Made by a program: the position numbers and the translations under genes | Notes under the pieces: model-generated | What the model saw: only the letters and a program-made list of their open reading frames with translations | Database searches by the model: none | Told to the model about the DNA's origin: nothing | Source of the DNA: Escherichia coli | GTDB taxonomy: Bacteria > Pseudomonadota > Gammaproteobacteria > Enterobacterales > Enterobacteriaceae | Length of the DNA: 64,000 nucleotides | Reading direction: 5' to 3' (one strand) | Assembly: GCF_001677475.2 (NCBI RefSeq) | Contig: NZ_CP015229.1 | Shown here: one piece after another, positions 37,274-47,583 of the stretch | Position numbering within the stretch: position 1 is the stretch's first letter | How the letters are laid out: every line of letters begins with the position of its first letter

Positions 37274-38065
37274 TCAGAAGCGCGGCATACTTAAGCCGCC
37301 GTCGATGGCGACCGCCTGACCACAGGTGTAAATCAGTTTACCTTCCGCCATCGCGCGGACGGTGGAGGCAATATCAGCCGGATAACCCCAACGTCCCCAC
37401 GGCACCAGACCTTTGGCAATCAGTTCGTCGTAATAAGCCGTTGCTGGAATAGTCATATCGGTTTTGATGAGACCAGGGCGCACTTCATAGACGCCAATTT
37501 GTTCGTTGCAAAGGCGAGCAGCAAACAGACGAGCAGCGGCAGAAACGGCGGTTTTGGCAATTGTGTATTCGCCGCGATTCATCGCCAGCATGATGGCGTT
37601 GATGGAACTGACAAAAATAATTGAGCGGTGCGGGAATTCTGTTTCTGGTTTTGGCTGTGCGAGCAGACGTTTACTGAATGCCTGTGCAAGGAAGAACGGT
37701 GCGCGGGTGTTAATGGCAATATTTTGGTCGAAGCTGTCTGGTTCCAGGTCGAGAAGGTCACCGCGTTTTTTCACTGAAATGCCTGCGTTGTTGAGCAGGC
37801 AGTCCAGACGTCCCCACTGGTTTTGCGCTGCGTCGAGCATCTCTTCATGCAGGGAGAGATCGCCAACATCGGCAGGGAAGCAAATCACTTCCACGCCTTC
37901 CGCCAGACATTCTTGTTGTGTGACATGTAATTTTTCAACGCTATCGGCATCCGGACGATCATTAATCAGCAGATTAAATCCGCCACGCGCAAGCTCCAGC
38001 GCACAGCCCTTTCCAATACCACGAGCGGCTCCGGTAATCACGGCAACAGGACGAGTGGATTTCAT
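37274..38065 (-). CDS. short-chain dehydrogenase/reductase (SDR)
   Basis: 263 aa; TGAARGIGKG cofactor motif, NNAG, catalytic Ser and YxxxK (YTIAK). Confidence 0.85.
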   Translation of the reverse strand: MKSTRPVAVITGAARGIGKGCALELARGGFNLLINDRPDADSVEKLHVTQQECLAEGVEVICFPADVGDLSLHEEMLDAAQNQWGRLDCLLNNAGISVKKRGDLLDLEPDSFDQNIAINTRAPFFLAQAFSKRLLAQPKPETEFPHRSIIFVSSINAIMLAMNRGEYTIAKTAVSAAARLFAARLCNEQIGVYEVRPGLIKTDMTIPATAYYDELIAKGLVPWGRWGYPADIASTVRAMAEGKLIYTCGQAVAIDGGLSMPRF

Positions 38066-38133
38066 ACAATAGCTCTCTTTTTTTGAATTTTGTTTCCTTA
38101 GTGATGATTAGCTTGCGACTGGAGGATAAAAAG

Positions 38134-38155
38134 ATCAACCATCTAGTTGGTTGAT
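38134..38155. promoter_or_regulatory. candidate TetR-family operator (perfect 8-6-8 palindrome)
   Basis: ATCAACCA-tctagt-TGGTTGAT in the 212-bp divergent intergenic region between the SDR operon and the TetR gene. Confidence 0.45.
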
Positions 38156-38277
38156 ATGCGATGACGATCACAGGACATTTGATAACCTGATGAAAGTACA
38201 AGTTTTTGCCCTTTTTTCTGAAGCTGAAATCAAATCAGGTTATGATAGTCACCACGAAGAGGTCGTGGGGAAGCGTT

Positions 38278-38925
38278 ATGTATATTGATACCAGCAACGT
38301 ACAGAGCCTGAAGGAAAAGCTGCTGTTATGCGCGGTTAATGAATTTGCCGAATATGGTTATGAAGGGGCCAGGGTCGATAATATTGTTAAGTCTGCGGGG
38401 TGTAGTAAACAGACGGTTTATCACCACTTTGGTAATAAAGAAAATTTATTTATTGAAGTACTGGAATATACCTGGAACGATATTCGAAAAAAAGAAAAGG
38501 CCCTTGATTTCTCAGATCTTCCGCCACAAAAAGCCATTGAGAAAATTATTGATTTTACATGGGATTATTATATTGCTAATCCCTGGTTTTTAAAAATTGT
38601 GCATAGTGAAAATCAAAGTAAAGGTGTGCATTATGCAAAATCACAGCGTCTCTTAGAAATTAACCATGCGCACTTGCAGTTAATGGAATCCTTATTGGAG
38701 GAAGGGAAGAAACACAATATTTTTAAGCCAGATATCGACCCATTGCAGGTGAATATTAATATTGCTGCGCTTGGGGGATATTATTTGATCAACCAGCATA
38801 CGCTTGGCCTGGTTTATCACATCAGTATGGTTTCACCCCAGGCACTGGAAGCCAGACGTAAGGTCATCAAAGAGACGCTCCTTAGCTGGCTTTTGGTTGA
38901 CCCCTCATCTACCGCGCACGAATAA
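38278..38925 (+). CDS. TetR/AcrR-family transcriptional regulator
   Basis: 215 aa from ATG 38278 (GGGGAAG SD upstream); N-terminal [31 protein letters not shown]; track ORF is N-extended. Confidence 0.8.
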   Translation: MYIDTSNVQSLKEKLLLCAVNEFAEYGYEGARVDNIVKSAGCSKQTVYHHFGNKENLFIEVLEYTWNDIRKKEKALDFSDLPPQKAIEKIIDFTWDYYIANPWFLKIVHSENQSKGVHYAKSQRLLEINHAHLQLMESLLEEGKKHNIFKPDIDPLQVNINIAALGGYYLINQHTLGLVYHISMVSPQALEARRKVIKETLLSWLLVDPSSTAHE

Positions 38926-39547
38926 AACTGCCATCCGGCTGACGGGTAAACAGGACCTGTTGATTATTCCCCGTATCAATGGTTAAGCCCGTCACCACGC
39001 CGCTGGCGTTCTGGCGGATTTTCACCATCTGCCCGTTTTGCAAATTACTCAGCGGCTTATCCGCGCCTTCTACCTGCGCCATTGCATAGACATCGGTAGC
39101 GGGCAGTCCGTGGTCGCGGAACAGCTGCGCCATCGTTTTACCGGGTTCGACACGGTAAGAGCGCCATTGATTATCAATTCCGCTATCTGGCTGGAATGGT
39201 TGCGTTTGGGTGGTTTGCGGCTGCTCTTCTGGCTGGCCTTCCTGTATTGGTTCTGGAGCGACCGGGGCCACCTGATCAGGATCATTTTGTGGCGTAACTA
39301 GCTGCGCCCGCAGCTGTTCTTCTGTCGGCAGTTGTGATTGCGACTGAATATCTAACTGCGCTTCACGCGTCACCACCGGCGCGTTGGGCGTATCATCAGA
39401 TGGAAGCAGAAATCCGACCACCAATACAATGGCGGCAATAATGATCCCCCGACGATGCATCGGCGGCAGCGGGTCCATGAAGCGAAAATTGTCCGGCGCG
39501 TGCCAGACTTTCTCCAGGGTTGGTTTTAGTTCAAAGCGCCCGGGCAT
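38909..39547 (-). CDS. ytfB: OapA/LysM-domain cell-division protein YtfB
   Basis: 212 aa from [18 protein letters not shown], strong AGGAGG SD; Pro/Gln-rich linker and C-terminal OapA-like domain. Confidence 0.85.
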   Translation of the reverse strand: MPGRFELKPTLEKVWHAPDNFRFMDPLPPMHRRGIIIAAIVLVVGFLLPSDDTPNAPVVTREAQLDIQSQSQLPTEEQLRAQLVTPQNDPDQVAPVAPEPIQEGQPEEQPQTTQTQPFQPDSGIDNQWRSYRVEPGKTMAQLFRDHGLPATDVYAMAQVEGADKPLSNLQNGQMVKIRQNASGVVTGLTIDTGNNQQVLFTRQPDGSFIRAR

Positions 39548-39764
39548 GGTTTCCTCCTGCTCCGCGTCTTGTTCCTCAATCATAGCCTATGAATAAGCTA
39601 ACGCTATGATGTCCGTGGTAAACCCGCCTTTATTATATTCATACGGGATATTGCTATTGTTTCTTTTTCCCCGGGATTTGTCATCATTCCCGCGACAAAG
39701 TTTTACCCAAAGAAGTGTGGCTGATATGCTGCCCGCTACTTTATACCCTAAGAAAGGAAATACG

Positions 39765-40385
39765 ATGACCACCCCAACTTTTGACACCATCGAAGCGCAA
39801 GCAAGCTACGGCATTGGTTTGCAGGTAGGGCAACAACTGAGTGAATCTGGCCTGGAAGGGCTGCTGCCAGAAGCACTGGTTGCAGGCATTGCTGATGCGC
39901 TGGAAGGCAAACATCCGGCTGTTCCGGTTGATGTGGTGCACCGCGCGCTGCGTGAAATCCACGAACGCGCCGATGCCGTTCGTCGTCAGCGTTTCCAGGC
40001 GATGGCTGCTGAAGGTGTGAAATACCTGGAAGAAAACGCCAAAAAAGAAGGTGTAAATAGCACCGAATCTGGCCTGCAATTCCGCGTGATCAACCAGGGT
40101 GAAGGCGCAATTCCGGCACGTACCGACCGCGTTCGTGTTCATTACACCGGAAAACTGATCGACGGCACCGTGTTTGACAGCTCCGTCGCTCGCGGCGAGC
40201 CAGCTGAATTCCCGGTTAACGGCGTGATCCCTGGCTGGATTGAAGCACTGACTCTGATGCCGGTAGGTTCTAAATGGGAACTGACTATCCCGCAGGAACT
40301 GGCATATGGCGAGCGTGGCGCAGGCGCGTCCATCCCTCCGTTCAGCACCCTGGTGTTTGAAGTCGAACTGCTGGAAATCCTCTAA
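39765..40385 (+). CDS. fklB: FKBP-type peptidyl-prolyl cis-trans isomerase
   Basis: 206 aa from [20 protein letters not shown] domain at C-terminus. Confidence 0.9.
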
Positions 40386-40692
40386 GCAGCGCATTCTGTT
40401 CCCCTCGAGCCAGAGGGGAGCAGGCATTCAGCAATAAACCCTTCAGTTTGCCAAACGGCGCTATTTTGTGTTGCAAAGACCCCGTAAGCGTGTATTTTTG
40501 TGAGCTGTTTCGCGTTATCACCGTGATATGACACTCACTTTAAACATAAAATTAACATTAGATCTAAATCTTAGTATTCATCCCGCGTATTGTTACCTAA
40601 TATCGATGAGTCCCGATACAGATTCGTCGTATCATAGACTGACTAAAGGCCGTAGAGCCTGAACAACACAGACAGGTACAGGAAGAAAAAAC

Positions 40693-42105
40693 ATGGTAGA
40701 TCAGGTAAAAGTCGTTGCCGATGATCAGGCTCCGGCTGAACAGTCGCTACGGCGCAATCTCACAAACCGACATATTCAGCTTATTGCCATTGGCGGTGCC
40801 ATTGGCACAGGGTTGTTTATGGGGTCCGGCAAAACGATTAGCCTTGCCGGGCCGTCGATCATTTTCGTTTATATGATCATTGGTTTTATGCTCTTTTTCG
40901 TGATGCGGGCAATGGGGGAATTGCTGCTTTCGAATCTGGAATACAAATCTTTTAGTGACTTCGCTTCCGATTTACTCGGGCCGTGGGCAGGATATTTCAC
41001 CGGCTGGACTTACTGGTTCTGCTGGGTTGTAACCGGTATGGCAGACGTGGTGGCGATCACGGCTTATGCTCAGTTCTGGTTCCCCGATCTCTCCGACTGG
41101 GTCGCCTCGCTGGCGGTGATAGTGCTGCTGCTGACGCTCAACCTCGCCACCGTGAAAATGTTCGGTGAGATGGAGTTCTGGTTTGCGATGATCAAAATCG
41201 TCGCCATTGTGTCGCTGATTGTCGTCGGCCTGGTCATGGTGGCGATGCACTTTCAGTCACCGACCGGTGTGGAAGCGTCATTCGCGCATTTGTGGAATGA
41301 CGGCGGCTGGTTCCCGAAAGGTTTAAGTGGCTTCTTTGCCGGATTCCAGATAGCGGTTTTCGCTTTCGTGGGGATTGAGCTGGTAGGTACAACAGCTGCG
41401 GAAACCAAAGATCCAGAGAAATCACTGCCACGCGCGATTAACTCAATTCCGATCCGTATCATTATGTTCTACGTCTTCGCGCTGATTGTGATTATGTCCG
41501 TGACGCCGTGGAGTTCGGTAGTCCCGGAGAAAAGCCCGTTTGTTGAACTGTTCGTGTTGGTGGGTCTGCCTGCTGCCGCCAGCGTGATCAACTTTGTGGT
41601 GCTGACCTCTGCCGCTTCTTCCGCTAACAGCGGCGTCTTCTCTACCAGTCGTATGCTGTTTGGTCTGGCGCAGGAAGGTGTGGCACCGAAAGCGTTCGCT
41701 AAACTCTCTAAGCGCGCAGTACCCGCGAAAGGGCTGACCTTCTCTTGTATCTGTCTGCTCGGCGGCGTGGTGATGCTGTATGTGAATCCCAGCGTGATTG
41801 GCGCGTTTACGATGATTACAACCGTTTCCGCGATTCTGTTTATGTTCGTCTGGACGATTATCCTTTGCTCGTACCTGGTGTATCGCAAACAGCGTCCGCA
41901 CCTGCATGAGAAATCAATCTACAAGATGCCGCTCGGCAAGCTGATGTGCTGGGTATGTATGGCATTCTTTGTGTTCGTGGTCGTGCTGCTGACACTGGAA
42001 GATGATACCCGCCAGGCGCTGCTGGTTACCCCGCTGTGGTTTATCGCTCTGGGGCTGGGCTGGTTGTTTATTGGTAAGAAGCGGGCTGCTGAACTGCGGA
42101 AATAA
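40693..42105 (+). CDS. cycA: D-serine/D-alanine/glycine APC-family transporter
   Basis: 470-aa polytopic membrane ORF. Confidence 0.93.
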   Translation: MVDQVKVVADDQAPAEQSLRRNLTNRHIQLIAIGGAIGTGLFMGSGKTISLAGPSIIFVYMIIGFMLFFVMRAMGELLLSNLEYKSFSDFASDLLGPWAGYFTGWTYWFCWVVTGMADVVAITAYAQFWFPDLSDWVASLAVIVLLLTLNLATVKMFGEMEFWFAMIKIVAIVSLIVVGLVMVAMHFQSPTGVEASFAHLWNDGGWFPKGLSGFFAGFQIAVFAFVGIELVGTTAAETKDPEKSLPRAINSIPIRIIMFYVFALIVIMSVTPWSSVVPEKSPFVELFVLVGLPAAASVINFVVLTSAASSANSGVFSTSRMLFGLAQEGVAPKAFAKLSKRAVPAKGLTFSCICLLGGVVMLYVNPSVIGAFTMITTVSAILFMFVWTIILCSYLVYRKQRPHLHEKSIYKMPLGKLMCWVCMAFFVFVVVLLTLEDDTRQALLVTPLWFIALGLGWLFIGKKRAAELRK

Positions 42106-42120
42106 CCGCATTATCATGCT

Positions 42121-42145
42121 GGATGGCGCAATGCCATCCAGCTTT
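42121..42145. terminator. Bidirectional terminator between convergent cycA and ytfE
   Basis: GGATGGCgcaaTGCCATCC hairpin followed by AGCTTTT. Confidence 0.55.
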
Positions 42146-42149
42146 TAGA

Positions 42150-42812
42150 TCACTCACCCGCCAGTGCGCGCGGGAACAGCACATTATTTTCCAGACTAAT
42201 GTGATCCATCAGGTCATCAATCAATTCATTGATACCGTTATACATCGCTTTCCAGGTGGTGCAGGCTTCCGGCGGCGGTGTGACATTATTGGTGGTGTGT
42301 TTAATCACTTCCAGCAGTTCGCCCGCTTCATCGTGCTCGCTTTCCATTACGCTGATTGGCCCCATTGCCTGGCTGCCCATGCCTTGTTTGATCATCGGGA
42401 AGAGGATCTGCTCTTCTTTCATCATGTGGCTGGAAAGCTCTTCATGCAGCATAGTCAGGTATTTTGTCAGCCCTTTTGGCACGCTCGGTTTGTCGGCGTG
42501 AACGCGCTCGACTTTAGTCGCTTGCAGGATCAGCTCCGGCAGTTGCTCGCGGTGACGATCGTGGTAGCGCACGATGATATGGTCGATGATTTCTGCCAGC
42601 GGGGCGCTACGCCAGTCTTTCTCAATCGGTTGTTCAGCAAGCTTTGCCAGCTCAGCTTCAATGACCTCAACATCCAGCTCTTTACGTGCCGCCGCACGCG
42701 CCAGCGTTTGCTTACCGCCGCAGCAGTAATCCATATCATATTTACGAAACAGCGCTGAAGCGCGAGGAATAGAGAGCGCCAGTTCACCTAAAGGTTGGTC
42801 GCGATAAGCCAT
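42150..42812 (-). CDS. ytfE: iron-sulfur cluster repair di-iron protein YtfE (RIC)
   Basis: 220-aa ORF with hemerythrin-like His/Glu residues. Confidence 0.9.
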   Translation of the reverse strand: MAYRDQPLGELALSIPRASALFRKYDMDYCCGGKQTLARAAARKELDVEVIEAELAKLAEQPIEKDWRSAPLAEIIDHIIVRYHDRHREQLPELILQATKVERVHADKPSVPKGLTKYLTMLHEELSSHMMKEEQILFPMIKQGMGSQAMGPISVMESEHDEAGELLEVIKHTTNNVTPPPEACTTWKAMYNGINELIDDLMDHISLENNVLFPRALAGE

Positions 42813-42919
42813 AGCTGATACCTCATTCTTAATAAGATAAGATGTATTTTAAATGCATCTTTAAGGCGAATGCTATAACCCTTACGTAGCAGAGGCTTAT
42901 TTAACTCACAGCCAGCATG

Positions 42920-43894
42920 TCAACTTTCTGAGACAGATTCAGTTAAAGGTTTTTCCGGTTTTGCTCTGACTGCAATGACCACGCCAACCACTAACAGCGC
43001 GATACCGCTCAGCGTCATCAGCGGCGGCATTTGCTGGCGGAGTAAAAAGGTGTACAGCAAACCTGCCAGTGTTTCGAAAACAATCAGCGGCCCGAGAATC
43101 ACTGTCGGTAATCGCTGGCTGGCGACGTTCCAGCAGAGTGCGCCGACCCATGAGCAAAGCACGGCTATCGCAATCATCAGACTAATAAACACCAGCGGGC
43201 GGGGGCCAAAGGGTAGGGAGAAGTCCGGCGTTTGCGTATTCAGCCAGTAACAAGCGACGAGATAGCCGATAAGTGAAACCGGCAGTGTGACCAGCGCCTG
43301 CGCCGTTGCCCACATCATCGGATGTTTGTCGGGATTTTCCCGCAGCCAGCGGGCGTTGCGCAGGGCATACCATGCCCAGCAGACCACGGAAACTAACGCC
43401 AGCACGATGCCAGAGGTATAACGTGCCCAGTCAAAATCGGGGAGTCCGTGGTTTAACTCAGCAATATTCACGCACGCCAGGCCGATGCCAATACAAATCA
43501 GTGCCGGGGCGAGTCTTCCCCACGCGAGTTTGCCGTCGCGCTGGCTATAAAGCAGATTGGCAAAGACAGGAATCACCACCGGCAGGGTGCCGATAATCAT
43601 CGTGGAAACAGGCGCGCCAGTACGTTGAATGGCACTGGCAAGGCAGAAGTAATAAATGAGGTTGCCCATCATAGTGAGCATCAAGGCGGTAAGCCAGTCC
43701 CGACGCGCCAACTGACGCAAACGCACGCGTCCCAGCCAGGCAATGGGTAGCGCAATTAACCCTAACGCCAGATAACGCCCCATCGACTGCAACATCGCCG
43801 GGTATTCCGGCACAATCAACGGCCCGACAAAAATAAGCCCCCACATCAACCCTGCTAACAGGGCGTACAGCACGCCGCTAATCATTACTGGCAT
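42920..43894 (-). CDS. ytfF: EamA/DMT-family inner-membrane transporter YtfF
   Basis: About 10 hydrophobic segments; start could be ATG 43894 or 43885. Confidence 0.8.
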   Translation of the reverse strand: MPVMISGVLYALLAGLMWGLIFVGPLIVPEYPAMLQSMGRYLALGLIALPIAWLGRVRLRQLARRDWLTALMLTMMGNLIYYFCLASAIQRTGAPVSTMIIGTLPVVIPVFANLLYSQRDGKLAWGRLAPALICIGIGLACVNIAELNHGLPDFDWARYTSGIVLALVSVVCWAWYALRNARWLRENPDKHPMMWATAQALVTLPVSLIGYLVACYWLNTQTPDFSLPFGPRPLVFISLMIAIAVLCSWVGALCWNVASQRLPTVILGPLIVFETLAGLLYTFLLRQQMPPLMTLSGIALLVVGVVIAVRAKPEKPLTESVSES

Positions 43895-43992
43895 CCATTG
43901 ATCTGTCAGAAGAAAGTTCAGGAAGCAGACATGATTGCTCCCGGCATCCCGTCATTATCAGAGAGGATGCGGGAGGATGCCACTTTAATTAA

Positions 43993-44853
43993 CTAGTTAT
44001 TAACATTAAAAAGATTGCTTACGCTTTCGGCTAACGTTGTCGTCGGGCGACCAATCAGTTTACTCAGCGTTTTGCTGTCATCAAACAGACCGCCTTTTGA
44101 CGCGCCAACGTCAGAATCCGCCAGCATATCCGCCAGTCCGTCGGGCAGTCCGACGCTTTTCAGCGCAGCGGCGAAATCGGCTTCGCTCAGATTTTGATAG
44201 GTAACCTGTTTGCCGCTCTGTTTGGTCAGCTCTGCCGCTAACTGTGTCAACGTCCAGGCGCTGTCGCCCGCCAGTTCGTAAACCTTGCCTTCGTGACCGG
44301 CTTCGCTAATCACGCGCGAGGCAGCGGCTGCATAATCTGCCCGCGTTGCTGAGGCAATTTTGCCATTGCCCGCCGCACCGATAAATACGCCGTGTTCCAC
44401 TGCTGCCGGGGCGCTGGCGAGGTAGTTTTCGGTGTACCAGCCGTTGCGCAGAAGGGTGTAAACGATGCCAGAATCAGCCAGCATTTTCTCCGTCTCGATG
44501 TGCTCATCGGCGAGGCCGAGCGGGGAGGTATCTGCATGTAGCAGGCTGGTATAAGCGATAAATTTCACGCCAGCCGTCTTTGCGGCATTAATAACATTAC
44601 GATGCTGCGGGGCACGTTGACCCACTTCGCTGGAAGAGATCAGCAGTAGTTTTTCCACTCCCTGAAGTGCAGATGTCAGTGCGGCTTCATCGCCGTAGTC
44701 AGCCTGACGCACGGTAATGCCTTGTGCTGCCAGGGCCTGGGCTTTTGCCGGATTACGAACGATAGCCACTATTTGGCTGGCAGGAACAGTTTTCATCAAG
44801 GATTCAATAACATAGTGACCAAGTTGGCCAGTGGCACCAGTAATAGCGATCAT
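43993..44853 (-). CDS. qorB: NmrA-like NAD(P)H:quinone oxidoreductase
   Basis: 286-aa ORF with N-terminal Rossmann motif ITGATGQLG. Confidence 0.85.
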   Translation of the reverse strand: MIAITGATGQLGHYVIESLMKTVPASQIVAIVRNPAKAQALAAQGITVRQADYGDEAALTSALQGVEKLLLISSSEVGQRAPQHRNVINAAKTAGVKFIAYTSLLHADTSPLGLADEHIETEKMLADSGIVYTLLRNGWYTENYLASAPAAVEHGVFIGAAGNGKIASATRADYAAAASRVISEAGHEGKVYELAGDSAWTLTQLAAELTKQSGKQVTYQNLSEADFAAALKSVGLPDGLADMLADSDVGASKGGLFDDSKTLSKLIGRPTTTLAESVSNLFNVNN

Positions 44854-44941
44854 GGGAAGTCTCCATCGTTTTGTCTTGTGTTTAAATACGCTAACACCTA
44901 AACTTACTTTTAGTAAGTACGCACAAAAAGGTAAGTATGAA

Positions 44942-45322
44942 ATGAGTCAGGTTAGCCTGTCGCAACAACTGAAAGAGGGAAATCTCTTTGCGGAACAGTG
45001 CCCGTCGCGCGAGGTGTTGAAACACGTCACCAGCCGTTGGGGGGTATTGATTCTGGTGGCGCTACGCGAAGGCACTCATCGCTTTAGCGACCTGCGGCGC
45101 AAAATGGGCGGGGTGAGTGAAAAGATGCTTGCGCAGTCGTTACAGGCGCTAGAGCAGGATGGTTTTCTTAACCGTATAGCGTATCCGGTGGTGCCGCCGC
45201 ATGTGGAATATAGCCTCACGCCGTTGGGCGAGCAGGTGAGCGAAAAGGTTGCTGCACTGGCGGACTGGATTGAGTTGAATTTGCCCGAGGTGTTGGCGGT
45301 GCGGGATGAACGTGTGGCATAA
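44942..45322 (+). CDS. ytfH: HxlR-type transcriptional regulator YtfH
   Basis: 126 aa from MSQVSLSQQLKEG; divergent from qorB. Confidence 0.85.
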   Translation: MSQVSLSQQLKEGNLFAEQCPSREVLKHVTSRWGVLILVALREGTHRFSDLRRKMGGVSEKMLAQSLQALEQDGFLNRIAYPVVPPHVEYSLTPLGEQVSEKVAALADWIELNLPEVLAVRDERVA

Positions 45323-45323
45323 C

Positions 45324-45420
45324 TGCCGGATGCGCTGCGCTTATCTGGTCTACGGTGCATGGCTTGTAGGGCGGATAAGATGCGCCAGCATCGCATCCGC
45401 CAATAAATGCCGGATGCGGT
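45324..45420. repeat. REP elements
   Basis: GCCGGATGCGCTGCGCTTATCTGG and GGCGGATAAGATGCGCCAGCATCGCATCCGCC. Confidence 0.55.
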
Positions 45421-45450
45421 TGATGATTTATAGGCCGAAAAAGAAGTGTA

Positions 45451-47394
45451 TTACTTACTCAAATCCACCTGATAAATCGCAAACCCGATATCATCGGTCG
45501 CGACTTTATTCATCGGATATTGCCCTTTCTCTTTAATAAACGCTGCGGCTTTATCTGATGGAGAGGTTTCGAAACGGATATCCAGTTTCTTATCGCCAGC
45601 AATCGGTGCTAAACGCCAGTTGTTATCTGCCGCCGGGTGAATTTCCCCCGCACGTTTCGACTCATCAGCAATCCACGCTGCCAGCACCGAGCGGTTCTCA
45701 TCCGGTGAAGCAAAAGCGATATGGCTGTCGCCCGTACCAGCAAATTTGCCGCCGTAAGCGCGATAGTTATTGGTGGCAACGAGGAACATGGCGTTCGGAT
45801 CAATGGGTTTACCGTTAAAGGTCAGGTTCTTAATCCGCTCTGCATTGGCATTAACCACCTGACATTCACCGTCATAACGGGCGGGTTGGGTAACATCAAT
45901 CTGATAATTCACACCATCAATAACATCAAAGTTATAAGTGCGGAAACCATCCCAGTTGATGAGTGACTGTGGTTTCGTGCTGTTAGGATCAATCTGGTTA
46001 AACTGTCCGGCGGAGCACTCCAGCCACTCTTTCACCTCTTTACCGCTGGCTTTCACCACAATCAGCGTATTGGGGTAGAGATAAAGATCGGCGGCATTAC
46101 GGAAGGTCAACTGGCCTTTTTCCACCTCCACATAGCTTGCCGGGTCATTTTTGCGACCACCAACTTTAAACGGTGCGGCAGCTGAAAGCACCGGCAGTTT
46201 TGCCAGATCCGGATCGCCCTGAATGTAATGTTCGACATACGCTTTTTGCGCGTTGTTCACGACTTGCACGGTCGGATCGTCCTGCACCAGCGCCAGATAG
46301 CTATACATATTGTCGGCAGATTTACCGATTGGCTTGCTGACAAACTGGCGTGTGGCATCGTGATCGGCTTTGAGTGTTTCTACCAGCTTGCTATCTTCCG
46401 CCGCGAGGGATTTTTTATTAGCGATGTCGTAAATCGGCCGTGCTTCCGCTTTCGCCTGCATCACCTGCCATTTACCGCTGTCATTACTGAGTTACAAGTC
46501 GACCACACCAAGATGATCGCCCCACATGCCCGGCATTACCGCCGGAACACCATTCAGCGTGCCTTTCGCGATATCAGCCCCTTCGATATCAGCAAAATCT
46601 TTACCTGGGAAAACGGCGTGAGCATGGCCAAACATAATGGCGTTAACGCCCGGAATTTCACTGAGGTAATAAACTGAGTTTTCCGCCATCACTTTATACG
46701 GATCGGCAGACAGCCCGGAATGCGCCAGAACGACAACGAGATCGGCACCTTTCTCACGCATTTCAGGCACGTATTTGCGCACAGTTTCTGTTATATCGTT
46801 AACGGTGACTTTGCCGGACAAATTGGCTTTATCCCACCCCATAATCTGCGGCGGCACCACGCCAATATAGCCAATCTTTAACGTCTGTTTTTTTCCGTCT
46901 TTATCGACCACTTCGGTGTCTTTAATTAAATACGGTGTAAACATGGGCTGTTTGGTTTTTGCGTCGATGACGTTGGCATTTACATAAGGGAATTTCGCTC
47001 CCGCCAGCGCATTTTTCAGGTAATCCAGACCGTAGTTAAACTCGTGGTTGCCAAGCGTGCCGACGGTATAGTCCAGCGTATTTAATGCCTTATAGACCGG
47101 GTGAATATCGCCTGCTTTTAAACCTTTCGCCGACATGTAATCTGCCAGCGGACTCCCCTGAATCAAATCGCCGTTATCGACCAGTACGCTGTTTTTCACT
47201 TCATTGCGGGCATCGTTAATCAGGCTTGCGGTACGTACCAGTCCGAATTTTTCCGTAGCGGTGTCTTTGTAATAATCGAAATCCATCATGTTGCTATGCA
47301 GATCAGTGGTTTCCATGATACGCAGATCGACCGTCGCTGCATTTACACTGGCGGCAATCAGCGTGGCCAGGAGCGTTGCGCTAAACTTAATCAT
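45451..47394 (-). pseudogene. cpdB: 2',3'-cyclic-nucleotide 2'-phosphodiesterase/3'-nucleotidase, interrupted by one in-frame TAA
   Basis: Track ORFs 46492..47403 and 45451..46464 are in the same frame; together 647 codons with one TAA at 46492-46494 (..[17 protein letters not shown]..). Confidence 0.8.
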
Positions 47395-47583
47395 CAGGGA
47401 CATCCTTTTATCATCGGGAATACGAAAGAAAAGGGAGAATAAACGTCTTACTTATAGAACAGTGAAGAATGCCACAATTTTACGCTTTGAAAATGATGAC
47501 ACTATCACAGTTGGCGCATTCATTAACGATAGGGTATAAGTAAAACAATAAGTTAACACCGCTCACAGAGACGAGGTGGAGAA

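Noticed and set aside
45451-46464. Treating the cpdB 3' fragment as an independent gene starting at GTG
   Set aside because: It is exactly in frame with the upstream fragment and separated by one stop codon; more parsimonious as one disrupted gene.
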